Assembly (NCBI GenBank): GCA_951406725.2
Contig: OX597842.1
Location: 13,888,001-13,952,000 of the forward strand
Source of the DNA: Octopus vulgaris
Taxonomy: Eukaryota
Direction: 5' to 3'
DNA length: 64,000 nucleotides
Positions 27,989 to 41,853 of this stretch are shown piece by piece. Both the position numbers and the translations under genes were made by a program. The notes beneath the pieces are model-generated. The model did not search any database. It saw nothing but the letters and a program-made list of their open reading frames with translations, and was not told where the DNA came from. Position 1 is the first letter of the stretch. Each line of letters starts with the position of its first letter.

Positions 27989-30900
27989 TATGTATGTACA
28001 CACAAGCGGCTAAGGCCGAGCTTCCCTGGGATTATTAATACCTAAAATAGATATTATCTCATCATTTCCTTATATTTTGGGTAAACTGTTGTTTAAAAGA
28101 TGCCAAGATGCCGAAAATCCTCAGTTTGTCTGTGAATCTTAATTCACTGTGAATTGCAAATACACAGAACATAACAAAAAACTAAAATACACTTTACTTT
28201 TATATTTATATTTTCTGTGGTAAATGTTTTTAGAACACGCTACAAATTTTCAAAATATCTTTAAAGTAATTGCTTTTCTAACAAGTAAAATTTACAATGA
28301 CTAACGTAGTGCTTGAAGTATACAATGTTCTTATTTTTCCCTTGGTAGCAGACAAGTGGTGAAGATCTCAATCTCGAATGTCGGCTGGCAGGCTAAGACT
28401 TCATAGTTTTTATCTTACAGAATATGACTTATTGTACTCTGTACCTTATATATCTTCCCCTTTGCAACTGTACTCCCCATAACAAGGTGTTCTACACCCA
28501 TAACCCTTTAATTACTAGATTTACTTTGATTGTGAAATGATGTTAGGCTTGCTAATCATCATCTTGTAGGGAAGATTTAATAATTGTGTTGTCATCACTT
28601 TTCATTCGACAATTCATGAGTTCTTTTGTCTTTATTGGTCCATTTCGTTATACCTAGTTTTATTAAATTCTCATGCTGTTATATATCTATAATTATAGAC
28701 ATATCGTTAAATGTCACTAATTACAATAATATTTATGTATTACTGATGCTACCGATTCACATATTAATGATAATTTAGAGCTCAGGCATTCAAAGTTGAT
28801 ATTATTTCTGTGTGCATGCATTTTTGTATTGATGACTTTTACGGTTGGCGCTGTGATTAATTGTTTGAATGATAGGCCATATTTTGGGCCACAACCGATT
28901 GTGCCTTTTGTTTATCCCCACAAGAATCGATTCCAGATGAAGAAATAATTATAGGTATAAGTCAGTTTCATTATTCGGTTGGTACATAACATCTATGTTA
29001 GCTAAGTCTAAAAGCGTTAGCGGTAATACATTTCGGAAACTACATAGAAGTCCCTTTGTCTAGCTTCGTATCATTGTCACCATTGGCCAATGACTGACTT
29101 TCTCACTGAGACTACACCGCTGTCATATTGTTTCCCACGGCTTCGCCTGTAACCGTAGACTGTGTGGAAGATGGGTGATACGCTGAGCCAAAGGGCAGCT
29201 GTGTTTGCGCCAACAAAGTATTTCCTTATTTGACGTAATCCCTATATTCAAAGGATGTTCCATTGTCCACCGCCTGGTAACCTACCGAATTGTAGATTCT
29301 CACTCAAGATTTACTCATTCACACACACATTCATAGCCATCCTTAATTCGCGAGTCGAGCGAGTAATGTCTTGGCAACATATCTAATGCTTTTACTAATT
29401 GCTTCAGGTGCCTAAGTATTTCGAGTAGGGATAGATACACTTTTATGTCTCCAACCCTAACCCAGCTGTCGCATCCAACACTTGACTGGTACACATTTAC
29501 AACTAAGCAGACTGAATCAACCTTGATCAACGTCCCAAACACCGAGCTTAGTTCAGAACTGAACCAAACACATTATTATCGTGCAGCGACATGCTAATCA
29601 CTGTGTCATATCTTTCACACACACTGAGGTACTACAAGTAGAAACTGATACCAACAGCTCAAATGCAGGCCCAAACAAGTTTCCCTTCTCATCAACAAGT
29701 CACTGGATCCACGCTCAAATCATATCCAGTGCTATGGCAGTTTTAACAGTCGAAACATCTCAGCTCAGATTTGATCTATTGGCTCAGGCTAAAGTCACAG
29801 AGATGGGAACAGATTGCAGAAAATGATAGAATATCATAAATTGCCTGACAAGAAATTCAAAGTTGTCTCTTGAATAAAGTGCAAAATCTTTTCCCACAAA
29901 AACATTAAAAAATCTAAGGATTCTGGCAGCCATAAAGAATTCTCTTTTGTTTTCTTTGGGTCATGAAGGAAGTCACTTTTGAAGAAGAACGTCACTGTGG
30001 CGGAAGATCCCATGTATATCTAGGACTGAATTTAAAGTCATTTTTTTTCTTTTTAGAACCAGAAAATATTTCAATCCTAACAACTCCCACTTTTTGACGC
30101 TCAAGTAACCAAAGTAAGACCACTCTTTTTATTAAGATTTTTTCAGTAATATTAACCACTATGTTTAGTTCTTCATCCTCAGAACATCGGCTTGTGGAAT
30201 GTCCTCCAGGTTCTTGTCTTCTTTCCGATGGGAATTTATCTGTAATAATTTAAACGGAGCATTACCATCATCACTCTCACCCATATCACACAACCAGCGA
30301 AATTAATGAGCTCTACTCCTTCTTCAAAACGCAGATTTGAAGTGGGATTTGAAATTAAAATACAAAGAGCTAGAAAATTTCCATACGAGACTCAGTCACA
30401 CATCCCTACACTTTGTCTCGTCCACTGGCCTCTTTAAGTACGCAAAATACGTACGTTAAGGACGTCCTCGTCTAGATTTTAAGTCAGAATACCGAATGCT
30501 AGGTTAAATACCACTAGGTGTTACTCAACTCGACGGCCTGCAGGTTCGGCCAATGTTTGATTAAATTATGAATTAAATATAGAAAATTAAATATTTCTAA
30601 ATTATATATATCGTATATTCACCATCTGCAGATATACGGATTTCTATTTAATTCAGACTATCCCAAATGTGTAGAGAAGCAAGTGAATTCGCTTGAATCG
30701 ATCGAATATAGTATTGGAACATTTTATTTAAACTGGAAACTTGAAATATTTAATGCTATATAACTTTTTCTACTGTAGGCACAAGACCAGAAATTTTGGA
30801 GTAAGGAGAGTCGATTAGATCGACCCTAGTACGCAACTGTTACTTAATTTATCGACTCCGAAAGGATGAAAGGCAAAGTCAACTTCGGCGGAATTTGAAG

Positions 30901-31708
30901 TCAGAACGATTAATGCAATATAATACAAATCATTTAATCTGAAATAATACTCAGGAAGAGTCGAACCCACTCTGTACAATCTAGGGTACTTTTCAGTTGA
31001 ACTGTAACAGAGAGATCAGCTAAATCTTAAGCTTAAAGTATTTTGTAGAATTATAACTATTGTGTTTTTATTTCTAAAAAGGTATCCGGTTTATGATATC
31101 AACCTAAATTTTACCGATGACATCTTTAATGAACATAGGTTTCATAATACCGGACTATTTTACATGTTTCATTTACGTAATTTCTGAGTCAGGCAATTTA
31201 AGCGGATCTCGTAATTATCTGCAGTTTAATTAGTCTAAAAGTATCACATTTAATTGTAAACGTAATAATTAACGTAATATAGACATGCAATAATTAACTG
31301 TCATTCTCTTACTAAATCACTTAATATCAATATAACTGTAACAATAAACATTTTAAGTTTAGGAAATGATGTTGCGAAATGCGGCACCCGGGGGGCAGCC
31401 CAGCAAGCCAATTTGATTAAAGTGGAGGAAATAGGCATACCCGGCCGGATTATTTGCGTAAAGTGGTTCTTCGTTGCCAGGTTCATTTCGACTCCTCACA
31501 TGGCATCATTACACCGATGTCTTCGTTGACAATTCCACACTGTATGCAGTTCAACGTCGTCTGATCTCACACCAACTGTTCAAATCACCCAACTCTCATC
31601 TGTAACCCTTCCCATCGCCTAACTCTTGTCCGATTTTTAATTACCCACAAGGGTCTAACATAGAGGGACAATACGCACGTTTGGGGACAATTAACATATG
31701 AAAGAACA

Positions 31709-31755
<47 letters not shown>

Positions 31756-32456
31756 AGAAGAAGAAAGAAGAAGAAGAAAATGGAGAAAGTGCAGGACGAT
31801 AAGATGTGGAAGAAGAGAAAGAAAAACAAGAATGGTAGGACAAAAACAACATCAAATCAACAACATTAAAACAATATTAGAGGAAGTAGAAGACGAAAAC
31901 GGAGACGAAGAATGTGTAGGAGATAATAACTAATACGATGAAACGAAGGAAACGAAATTGATGAAAAGAAGAAGAAGACGAAGAAAAAGAGGAGGAGTAA
32001 GAAGAAGAATAGGAAGGAAGAGGAGAGGAGGTAATGAAGATGAAGTGGAAGTAGAAGTTAAAGAAGAAGAAGAAGAGAAGGAAGGAGGTGAAAATAAGTA
32101 GAAGAAAGGAAGAAGAAAGGAACAAGAATAAGTCCAAGAAGAATTTTAGAAATGAGTTTTATAAATGACGTAGTTCTAAATGTACAAATGCCATCGGTAT
32201 TGAAGCATGTTATTTAGCGTAAACACCAGACATATTATCCATACCGAATGATAGACACAGGTGAATAGGGATTTGTATGTTTATAGTGATGATGAACATA
32301 GTGTTGATGCTGATGATGTTGGTGGTGAAGTTTCTCTTGTCGATGATGATGAACATACAATACCGTGTGAAAGGAAAATGACGAGAGTGAGCGAAATTAC
32401 AAACATGGAAATATATCGGCAATGATATACTATAAATGAAGATTGATTTAACTTAC

Positions 32457-32528
32457 AGTTGAGTTAAATTGGTCAAATATTGGAAGGTTTCTGGTTTGAT
32501 TTCAGTAAGATTATTACGGTTCAAATAT
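32457..32528 (-). CDS. LRR exon (72 nt): YLNRNNLTEIKPETFQYLTNLTQL
   Basis: Acceptor ttttatgttccag|, donor |gtaagt; open frame. Confidence 0.9.
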
Positions 32529-33094
32529 CTGGAACATAAAATTGAGTTAAGTTGAAACTTTATGGAACAAGCATGTGGCAGTACAAAACAATTTTCGAGT
32601 AATGAATTAGACTATGGAAATCATGAAGAGTTGATTACGGTTCTGTTGAAATTGATAATTGATAATGACGATGATGTTCAAATTTGTGCAACTAACTGCG
32701 GTTGTCTACGGTAATGAATAAAGTTGATGACGAACCTGACAATGTTGACGGCTGAGAGAAAGAATAGTGTTGCGTAGAATAGTCTCGGTAACGATGATGG
32801 GAACGAAGAACGTTTCGGGGACCACTACCCTTAGATGATCATGAAGCAAGCAAGCAAGCGTGTGTTTGTGCACGCACGTGTGTATGTAAGCATGTGTGTA
32901 TGTATGTGTGTTTCTGTATGCGTGTGTGTGTTAACTCAATAGTTGAACATGAAGAATGAAGAATATTACATCTTCATAATTTATTTGTTGAAGCATTTTC
33001 TTCATATTACATTCATTAGTTAATTAGCCCAAAATTTCCTCAGGATGCTAAAAAGTATCTGCTCAGATTTCAAATCCCTATTCCATTACGTTAC

Positions 33095-33147
<53 letters not shown>

Positions 33148-33187
33148 TGGCTGTGTGTATATATGTATGTATATGCATATGTATATA

Positions 33188-34077
33188 CGAGGGGATACAC
33201 AAAAGTAACCGTAAATGTTCTCTGGAAGACAAACCCGTTGTAGTTCAGGTTTCCGTCGCTAAACTCCAATTGATGCGACTGTCAGGCATCAGTCAGCCAA
33301 CCGGCGTTATCCGGTAGTGTTGTACTGCCGCGTAGTTCGTCTTTATTTTGACGTGTTTCTGCTCAGTTCGTATGTTTTTTGCAATGGCTGGAACGAAGGA
33401 ACATTGTGCTTCTGTGAAATTCTGTTTACTGCTGCTGAAAACTGCAGATGAAACAATTTTCATGCATCCCATCACAAGGATGATGCAATGGGCAAAGCAC
33501 AAGTTTATGAATGGTTTTCACGATTTAGGAATGGTCACTTGTCGCTTGAAAACCAACCTCATTCATGACAACCGTCGACCTCCCAAACATCATGAAAATT
33601 CTTGATCTGATCGTGGAGGACCGTCGCTGACAATGGATGAACTTGTTGACATGTCGATTTTGTCCTGGAGCTCCTGCCAAAGAATTTTGTGTGAGGAATT
33701 GTGAATGAAACACGTTCCAGCAAAATCTATGCCTCGTTTGCTCACGGAATGTCAAAAACAGTCACGCCTGAATGCGTGTCGTGAGCAAGAAGAACGGCTA
33801 TGAGGTAATCTGAATGTTTTTTCGAAGGTCATCACTTGTGACGAAAGCTGGTGCTACGGAATTTGAAGATGTTGAAGTGAGGAAAGAAAACGATGGGGTC
33901 GTTAAAAAGCATCACTTCGGAATAGGTCCATCACTGATTCCAGTAGCTGAAAAGGCGCCTGCAACGATGCATTGATTAAAATGGAGAATAATTTGAACAC
34001 AATAAAAGTGTAAATATGTAAAACTAAGTGAATAATATAATACTTCGAAATTACGGTTTCTTTTGGGCACCGCCTCG
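33188..34077 (+). mobile_element. Duplicate copy of the mariner at 27098-27988
   Basis: Same TIRs, same flanks; copied by segmental duplication. Confidence 0.88.
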
Positions 34078-34530
34078 TATGTATGTACACACAAGCGGCT
34101 AAGGCCGAGCTTCCCTGGGATTATTAATACCTAAAATAGATATCATCTCATCATTTCCTGATATTTTGTGTAAACCGTTGTTTAAAAGATGCCAAGATGC
34201 GGAAACTCCTCAGTTTGTCTATAAATGTTAATTTACTGAGAATTGTAAATACACAGAACATAACAAAAAACTAAAATACACTTTACTTTTATATTTATAT
34301 TTTCTGTGGTAAATATTTTTAGAACACGCTACAAATTTTCAAAATATCTTTAAAGTAATTGCTTTTCTAACAAGTAAACTTTTACAATGACTAACGTAGT
34401 GCTTGAAGTATACACTGTTCTTATTTTGCCCTTGGTTGCAGACAAGTGGTGAAGATCTCAGATTTGATATTTAGGATGTCGGCTGGAAAGCTAAGACTTT
34501 ATAGATTTTATTTTACAGTATATGGCTTTT

Positions 34531-36084
34531 TTGAAAGGTGATGAAGAAGGCAACTTTTGTGTGCAGAGGCAAGAAATTTGATACGGTGGAGGTTAGGTGC
34601 GCAACAAAATATTGTGCGGCCTCGCTAGCTACCACCGTACTTAGAGCCGAAAACTTCATCATGTGGCCTACTTACAAAAGGAGAAGAGGGGTACGGGTCA
34701 AAATCCCAAATATACACCCAGAATTGAAGACAGAATGGCTGGCAACAGCCATCCTAGGGTCAGCTGAGGAAAGAGATAGAAATTGGCTCGATAAAGGAGA
34801 CCAACATCGTGAAATGGAAGGGATTCGGGGTTGACGGCCACAAACAGAGATATAGAACGGATTCCCTTCCAAACAGAAGTAGAAGATGGAAAAGCCCTCA
34901 GCGTAATCGTGGAGGGGAGGAAGCCTAATTGCTACTTGTGCGGGACAAGAGGACACATAAAAAAAGAATGTCCGCTATACGAATTCATGGCGGAGTGTGA
35001 AAGAGCAGAGGAATGACAAAGAACCCGAAGACAGGAACAATACACTAAAGGAGAAAGAAAGCAAGGAAAAGTAAACAACGGTAAAAGGAAATAACAATAC
35101 ACGGAAGGAAAATGAAAACAACGGAATAAATTAATAGAAAAAGAACAAAAGTCACAGGGTAGAGAAGTAATAGAGAAAGAACCAAAGCAAAATCAAGAGA
35201 AAGAAAAAGAAAGTAAAAGAGGAAAAAAACAAGAGAAGGAACAGAATCAAGAGAAAGGAAAGGATGTTACACAAAAAGAAAAAACAGGAAAAAAATACGA
35301 CAGACAAAGAGCCAAAAAGACAAGAGAAGGAAAAAGAAAGGGAAAGAAAAAAGAGAGAAAGAGAAAAACCGGGAGAGGAAGGTAAAGAAGAAGTCAATCC
35401 GAAGAGGAAACTAAAGAGAACATAGGTCCAAATAGAAGGTATAAATTTTATGGAACATTGGTTCAATACAGACACTGTGGGGGAGATGGAGGAAATAATA
35501 AGTGAAACAGAGGGATATTCACGGGTCAGGATGGGCACGGAGTGGAGGGAAACGGGTGCACTGGTCCATGAAGACAGCGCCGATGCGTTTATCGAGGCCA
35601 CCGGTGTGAACGTAGTAAGGCATGCGAAGTGCCGACTGGTAAGATACCCACGAGAGATGCAGAATTACAACGACCTGACAAAGGTAATGGAACTGATTTA
35701 AAATTATAGGAAAAAAAAAGAATTAGAAAAGACTTTTGTTAATTTCAAATGTACTTTGAAATCTTGAAAATGTATTATGAAAGCGTTATATTTGAATTTG
35801 TGGAAAACAATTTTTCTGTAAAATATTCAATTGATAATGTATTTTGGAAATTCTCTTTGGAAATTTATTGCGATCGAATGTATTGCGAAATGCTGTAAAA
35901 TGTATTTAGTTATTTTTGAAAATATTGTAAAATGTAATTAAAAATGACGAAATGTAACCACCTGATTTCGGGGATCGGGTGGGGCATTACACCACATTTA
36001 TACATACTTCATACCTCATTAATTTAATTTTTTTCCCGATTGTACTGTCCCCTCTATGTTCACCCCTTGTGGGTAGTAATAAAA
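34531..36084 (+). mobile_element. Element A: 5'-truncated ORF1-only (half-L1/Tx1-like) retroelement
   Basis: RGKKFDTVEVR...RVKIPNIHP...VEGRKPNCYLCGTRGHIKKEC (CCHC knuckle), K/E-rich linker, stop at 35701, 3' UTR with shared tail and AATAAA; no ORF2. Confidence 0.8.
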
Positions 36085-36384
36085 TCATTCAATTTAATTG
36101 ATGTCTGATTTTTCCGGTCCTTGAAGCGTGGTATTTGGAGTAATTTGTAAGTAACTGTTTAGCGTTTGTTAAACAAATTGTTGTTTTGTTTGAACTTTGA
36201 ACGTCTGATGTAATAACGAAAAATATTGTTATTCTCTTCCGTTAGGGGGGAAAAAGTGCTACACGTTACATACAAAAACAAATATATATATAACATTACA
36301 TTTGTGAAAAAAAAAATGAACAATACATTTGAAAAAATGAACAAAATAGACATGATGTCAAAAAAATGTTGTTTGAAGTGGAAA

Positions 36385-36560
36385 CACCGTCCGCTTCAAG
36401 TGACGAAGGTTTGCCTTCAAGTGAAGCAGTTTTACCTTCAGTGAAAGTCATCGAAGGTTCGCCTTCAAGTGTAGCTGTGTCTGCAGCTAAAATTATTGAA
36501 GGTTCGCCTTCAAGTGAAGCTGTGTCTGCTGCTAACGTTATCGAAGGTTCGCCTTCGAAA
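36385..36560 (+). repeat. ~42-bp degenerate tandem repeat at the start of element B ORF1 (VIEGSPSSEAVSAA)
   Basis: gaaggtt(c/t)gccttcaagtg recurs about four times at 42-bp spacing. Confidence 0.8.
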
Positions 36561-39500
36561 GGGAAACAAGCTAAAACGTAGAACTTCGCAGCCGCCGCTA
36601 GACGGAAGACGGAATAGATTAAAATGGAGGACACAGAATACAAAAAATACAAAAATATGTTTGTAAGGGAGGAGAATAATATAAAAGCCACCCTCCCAGA
36701 AGATATTAAAAATGAAACACAAAGAAGGATAGTGATTTACAAATCATTTGTAATAAAAGAGAAAAAAATCAAAAAAGTAACTAAAGAACAGGCAGAGAAG
36801 TGCCTGCAACCAATATGGCAAGACATAGATTTCGTGACATGGGGCAAAAAGTACGCCACAATAATGGTCTATTTTAAGAGCGAGCAAATGGCATGAAAGC
36901 ACTCGCTAACCCCATTTAAGGCGAGTGATATTGTTCTCTTGCTTTCCTATTTGGGGCAGAGGTCTGCCAAAATAAGAATCGAGGTAAAGTGGTTTCTTCC
37001 AGCCTTACTAATAGGGCTGGAAGAAAAAATAAGTGTTATAGAGATAACAAAGATCAGGATGGAAAACTGGAGAGGTCAAACTCTTCAAGTGACAGTACAG
37101 GCGGCCCTAAAGACATTGGAGGAGATCGCAGAAAATATCAATTTCAGCAATGAAATAAATTTGCGCGTGGTGGTGGAGGCCCGAAAGCCTCGATGCTACG
37201 GATGTGGTGAGAAAGGCCACATCCGTATAGACTGCTCCACCCGCAAGAAGAAGAAGAAGAGAAAAAAAGGACGGAAGCAGAGGAGAAGAGGAAAAAAGAG
37301 ACGGTGGAAGAGAAAACAACAGAAGAAAATGCCTTCACACTGGTGAAGCAAAAAAAAAACACCAAAAGGAAAAAAATGAAGACTTAAACCCACCCACCCC
37401 ATGCACAAGCAAAAAGAAAAATAACACACAGGGGAGAACATTTACCCCACCCAACCACGGTTCCCCACAAAAGAAAAGAAAGAGAAGACCCTCCCAACCC
37501 AACCCGAACAACCACTCCCACCCCTACCTCCCAGTGTCGAACAATTCCCTCCCCTCCCAAACTACTCCCCACCGTCCACCCCATCACCCCCACGAAGCCC
37601 AAAGAAAAAAATGGAAGGTTTAGAGATGGTGTACATCTCAATAAACAAAGATAATGATAGGTTGGTGAAACTTATTGATGAAGTCCCAACAGCGGAAAAA
37701 ATTCAAACTTACAGGGTATTGCCCAAAAATGTAGAAGTGTGTAAGATCGACATGTTAAATTACAACATTATACATGAGGAATACCCAAAATACATTAAAG
37801 GTCCGTGTCTCGACTTGCATGAGTCGTTGTATAAAGCGGACTTCCCCCCACGACCAACGGAAAAAAGGAAAACCAACTAAAAGGTAGGTGATGGCTCGTA
37901 TTCATGTAGGGTGCATAAATGTGCGTCGCCTGGTGTCGAATTGGAAGCAAGGGCGCCCCCTAAACGACATCAGGTCACGGGATTTAGATGTTGTTGTTGC
38001 CACAGAAACCTGGTTAAAGGGGCCAAGAGATCCACTCCCGCTGTTTGGCGGTTACGAGAGAATTATCTCTCCGAGCCGTCTGTCCGGCTGAAGCGGGGTG
38101 TTGGTCCTGTGTAAAAAGAACCGGGTTTCTGAGAAAAAGTTGATTTTTTTCAGATCCAGAAGGTAGACTGGCCTTCGTTGATTTGACGTTCAGTAGTCGT
38201 AAGACAATCAGGCTGGTTGCGGTTTACGCACCCCACAGTCAAGGGGAACAAAGTGATTATTTTCGGAACCTTGGAAAGTTTCTGAGTACATCGCATCCTT
38301 TAGTTGTTTTAGGAGACTTCAACACAGTCTACGATGTGCGGGTAGACTGTGAGGGCTCGCGAAGGAAAGGAAATGCTTGCTTCCAGGATCTACTAAGACG
38401 TTTCGAGCTGGTAGATCCATATAGAATGGAACATTCGAACGCTCCATTGTGGGCATGGTCAAACAGCGACGGATCTATCAAGTCGTACATAGACAGGATA
38501 TTAATTAGAAAAGTAGATAAGACACTAGCTAGGAGTCCACAGCTCCACATGGTCAGCTACAGTGACCACAAGATGGTCAACTGTAGGCTAGACATAGATA
38601 GGACGAATAGAGGTCCTGGTTACTGGAAACTTAATACGTCCCTTTTGGCGATTAAGGATAAGGTTAATGATTCAGAGGGATTTGACTGGAACAATAATTA
38701 ACAACATATGGTGGTATGCCCTCAAGCGAGCCATCAGTTATGAGTCCATTAGATATAGTATAGATCTAGTAGCTAGAGAGGCTAGAAGGGAATCAGCACT
38801 AGTTAAGGACTTAGAGCAAGCAATACGAACTGGCACGGCAGCCCAGGTGAAGGTCAAGAGACTGGTTTTAAACCAGCACCTCGAAGCCAAACACATGGGT
38901 TGCATTGTCAGGGCTAGACAACGTGCAATGGGGAGCGAAGGAATTAATGCCGCGAGATGGGCCGCAGTGGTGGAAGCCCAACGTGGCAACGATGCCACAA
39001 TTCGATCTTTGACGAACCAACAAGGTAAGTTGATAGACGAGCCCGAGGTGATGTGTGAAGCTTTTCAGGACCACTTCGCCCAGCTCTTTAGGGGGAGCGG
39101 CGGACCGGATAGGAGGAGAGGCCTAACGGACCTCCTCGACGGGCTGCCGCGCCTCTTGGAGCAGGACGTGAAGTGTAGTGAGAAGCCGATCACGCCTGGG
39201 GAAGTAATAGAAGCCATGGCTGACTGCGGCGCGGGTAAGGCTCCAGGACTGGATGGTCTACCCTACGAGCTTTATAAAAGTATGCCGGACTTGTTCGGGG
39301 TCTTACTGGCGAACGTCTACGCGAACTGGCAGCAGAATGGGTTTATTCCCAGATATGTGCGCCGCGGAGTGGTGACACTAATCAGGAAGGACCCGGACAA
39401 GGGGGATGACATTGATAATTTTAGGCCCATCACTCTGCTTAACGCAGAGCTGAAGATTTTGGCCAAAGTGTTATCGAACAGATTGGCGCGTGTCGCGGAT

Positions 39501-40794
39501 GGACTAATAGGGAAGGCACAAACGTGTGCCGTACCTGGCAGGTCCATTCACGATAATCTCCATCTAATTAGATACACTATAGAGGGAATTAATAGCGATC
39601 CCGGCAAGGGAGGGGTAGTGGTCCATTTAGACCAATCAAAAGCTTTCGATAGGGTCGACCATCATTACCTGGTGTCTGTTCTGGCTCAGTTCGGCCTGGG
39701 TCTTGGCTTCCTCAGGTGGATCATCGAAATGTACGATAACGTCGACTCGGTAGTTCAGATGAACGGCTTTATTTCTAAGCCGTTCAGAGTCAATGCTCGG
39801 GTCGTCAAGGATGCCCACTCTCCCCGCTTTTGTACGCAGTGGCTCTCGAGCCGCTGCTGCGAAAACTGAGTGGCATCCCGAGGCATCCAGGTTGTGGAAT
39901 GTTCGTTTCGGCGTACGCGGATGACATCACTATCATCGTGACTGAAGTGGACCTCCTACGTAAAGTAGGCAAGGCCATAGAGGTTTACGAGACGGTGACA
40001 GGAGCAAAAGTTAATCGCGAAAAGTCAGTCGGCTTGCAGCTCGGCACCTGGAGAGGCAAGTCGATGCCTTCAGACAGCGTCGTGGGACGTTGGACGGAGG
40101 GTCCGATAAAGTTGCTCGGGGTTTGGTTCGGACCAAAATAGAGAAGAACTGGAGCGAGGTATCGAGCAGGGTTGCTGCGGTAGCCAAGACCTGGTGTTAG
40201 CGGTGGTTTTCCCTGAAAGGTAGGGCGGAGGTAGCCAATGTGTTTATCGCATCGGTGATCACCTATGCCTTACCGTCGTGCCTTGCCCGGATTCGTGTTT
40301 GACCAAGTTGGAAAGACAGCTCTTCCACTTTTTGGGGAAGAGCTCGAAACCCCTTGTGAAACGCTCTGTTTGTTGTCAAAACCCGTTGAAGAGTTGACTA
40401 GGGATGCCGTGGTTAATGATGCGCAGAAATGCGCTGAGGTTAAGGCATCTGTGGCTCCATCTGGTCTCCGTTGGCGAAACAGATGTTTCCCAAGTTCACC
40501 AGTTTTGGTGGACGGGAAGCCTGGTATAATCGCAGGTCGAAGTTGGATACATGGTATACGGAGTGTCGCAAGGCACTCCGACTATTCCGTCGCTCGGGCA
40601 ATGCCTGCGGCAGTGGTTCTACCGCTGTTTTCTATAGAGGGTTTGTAGAGGCCGGTTGCGATGATACGTTAGGGGAAACCCTAGGTTTCGAAGATAATCA
40701 GCTGTCCAGTCTGTTCCAACGTACATTTGGGCCGAGGTCCCTGGATAATTTTCAGAAGTCCTTAGCTTGGCAGTGTTACCGAGGAGCCTTACCT

Positions 40795-41191
40795 TTACTC
40801 TTTTACTCTCTTACTTGTTTCAGTCATTTGACTGCAGCCTTGCTGGTGCACCACCTTTAATCGAGCAAATCGACCCGGGACTTATTCTTTGTAAGCCCAG
40901 TACTTATTCTATCGGTCTCTTTTTGCCGAACCGCTAAGTGACGGGAACATAAACACACCAGCATCGGTTGTCAAGCAATACTAGGGGGACAAACACAGAC
41001 ACACAAACACACACATATATACATATACACGACGGGCTTCTTTCAGTTTCCGTCTACCAAATCCACTCACAAGGCTTTGGTCGGCCCGAGGCTATAGTAG
41101 AAGACATTTGCCCAAGGTGGCACGCAGTGGGACTGAACCCGGAACCATGTGGATGGTAAGCAAGCAACTTACCACAGAGCCACTCCTGCGC
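40795..41191 (-). mobile_element. Full-length tRNA-derived SINE resembling octopus SINEs, inserted in element B ORF2
   Basis: Head gcgcaggagtggctctgtggtaag (A box) ... gggttcagtccc (B box); short (gagtaaaa)-type tail; the RT-distal sequence resumes on both sides. Confidence 0.88.
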
Positions 41192-41853
41192 AGGCAGGGT
41201 GGCCAAGTCAGCCCGACCTGTCCGAGGTGTGGGCGAGACAGGGAAACCGTCTCGCACGCGGTCGTGCAGTGCTCGGAGGTGGCAGACATGTGGGTTTTTG
41301 CCGAACAACTGTTGTCAAGTGGAGGAAGAGTACAGCTATCGACTGAATCCATTGTAAAATCGACCCACCGGATTTCTTAACGAAAGAAGATAAGAATTGT
41401 TTTCTCTCTGTGGTTTCAATTGCGAAACAAGCAGTATGGAAGACGAGGATGAAAGAGGTGATAGCAGGCAACTTCATCTCTGGTTCTAATCTGGTGGAAT
41501 ATTTTAAATTCCACCTAAAAAGACAAACAGAACTAGAGAGGAGGGGCCTGAGAAAGAAAGTGTTCGATGAAAGATGGAAGAATGTTGTGAGTAAAAGGCC
41601 CCTCATGAATGAAAGGTAAGCCGGAAAAAAAAGAAGAAAAAACCTAAGGTCAGTTTCGTGGCGGTTATCGTGGGGTCCGTAAGCCCGCCCCACTCCATCT
41701 GTGAAATTGTTTGTGTAAAAAATGTCCTATCATCCGAATTATATAATCATGTGTAAATTTTTAATAGACCCCAACGCACATTCTTGTAAAAACATTCGTG
41801 ATGTTCTGTCTTTATATGTAAAACCGTATGGTGAATAAAGAAATAATAGTTAA

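Larger units (their letters stand above)
21985..34530. repeat. Older tandem segmental duplication: unit 1 ~21985-29212, unit 2 ~29213-34530, each with one LRR exon
   Basis: 21985-23810 ~ 29213-31130; 24665-24864 ~ 32390-32590; 26530-28430 ~ 32591-34530. Confidence 0.9.
36085..41853 (+). mobile_element. Element B: full-length decayed L1/Tx1-clade retrotransposon (ORF1 ~36353-37880; ORF2 ~37891-41619)
   Basis: ORF1 CYGCGEKGHIRIDC; ORF2 APE endonuclease (VATET, LGDFN, SYIDRI, SDHK), RT (KAPGLDGLP, FRPITLLN, LDQSKAFDRVDH, AYADD), C-terminal CPRC...H...C; interrupted by a SINE. Confidence 0.92.

Noticed and set aside
41120-41191. tRNA gene
   Set aside because: The A/B boxes belong to a SINE head; no complete cloverleaf
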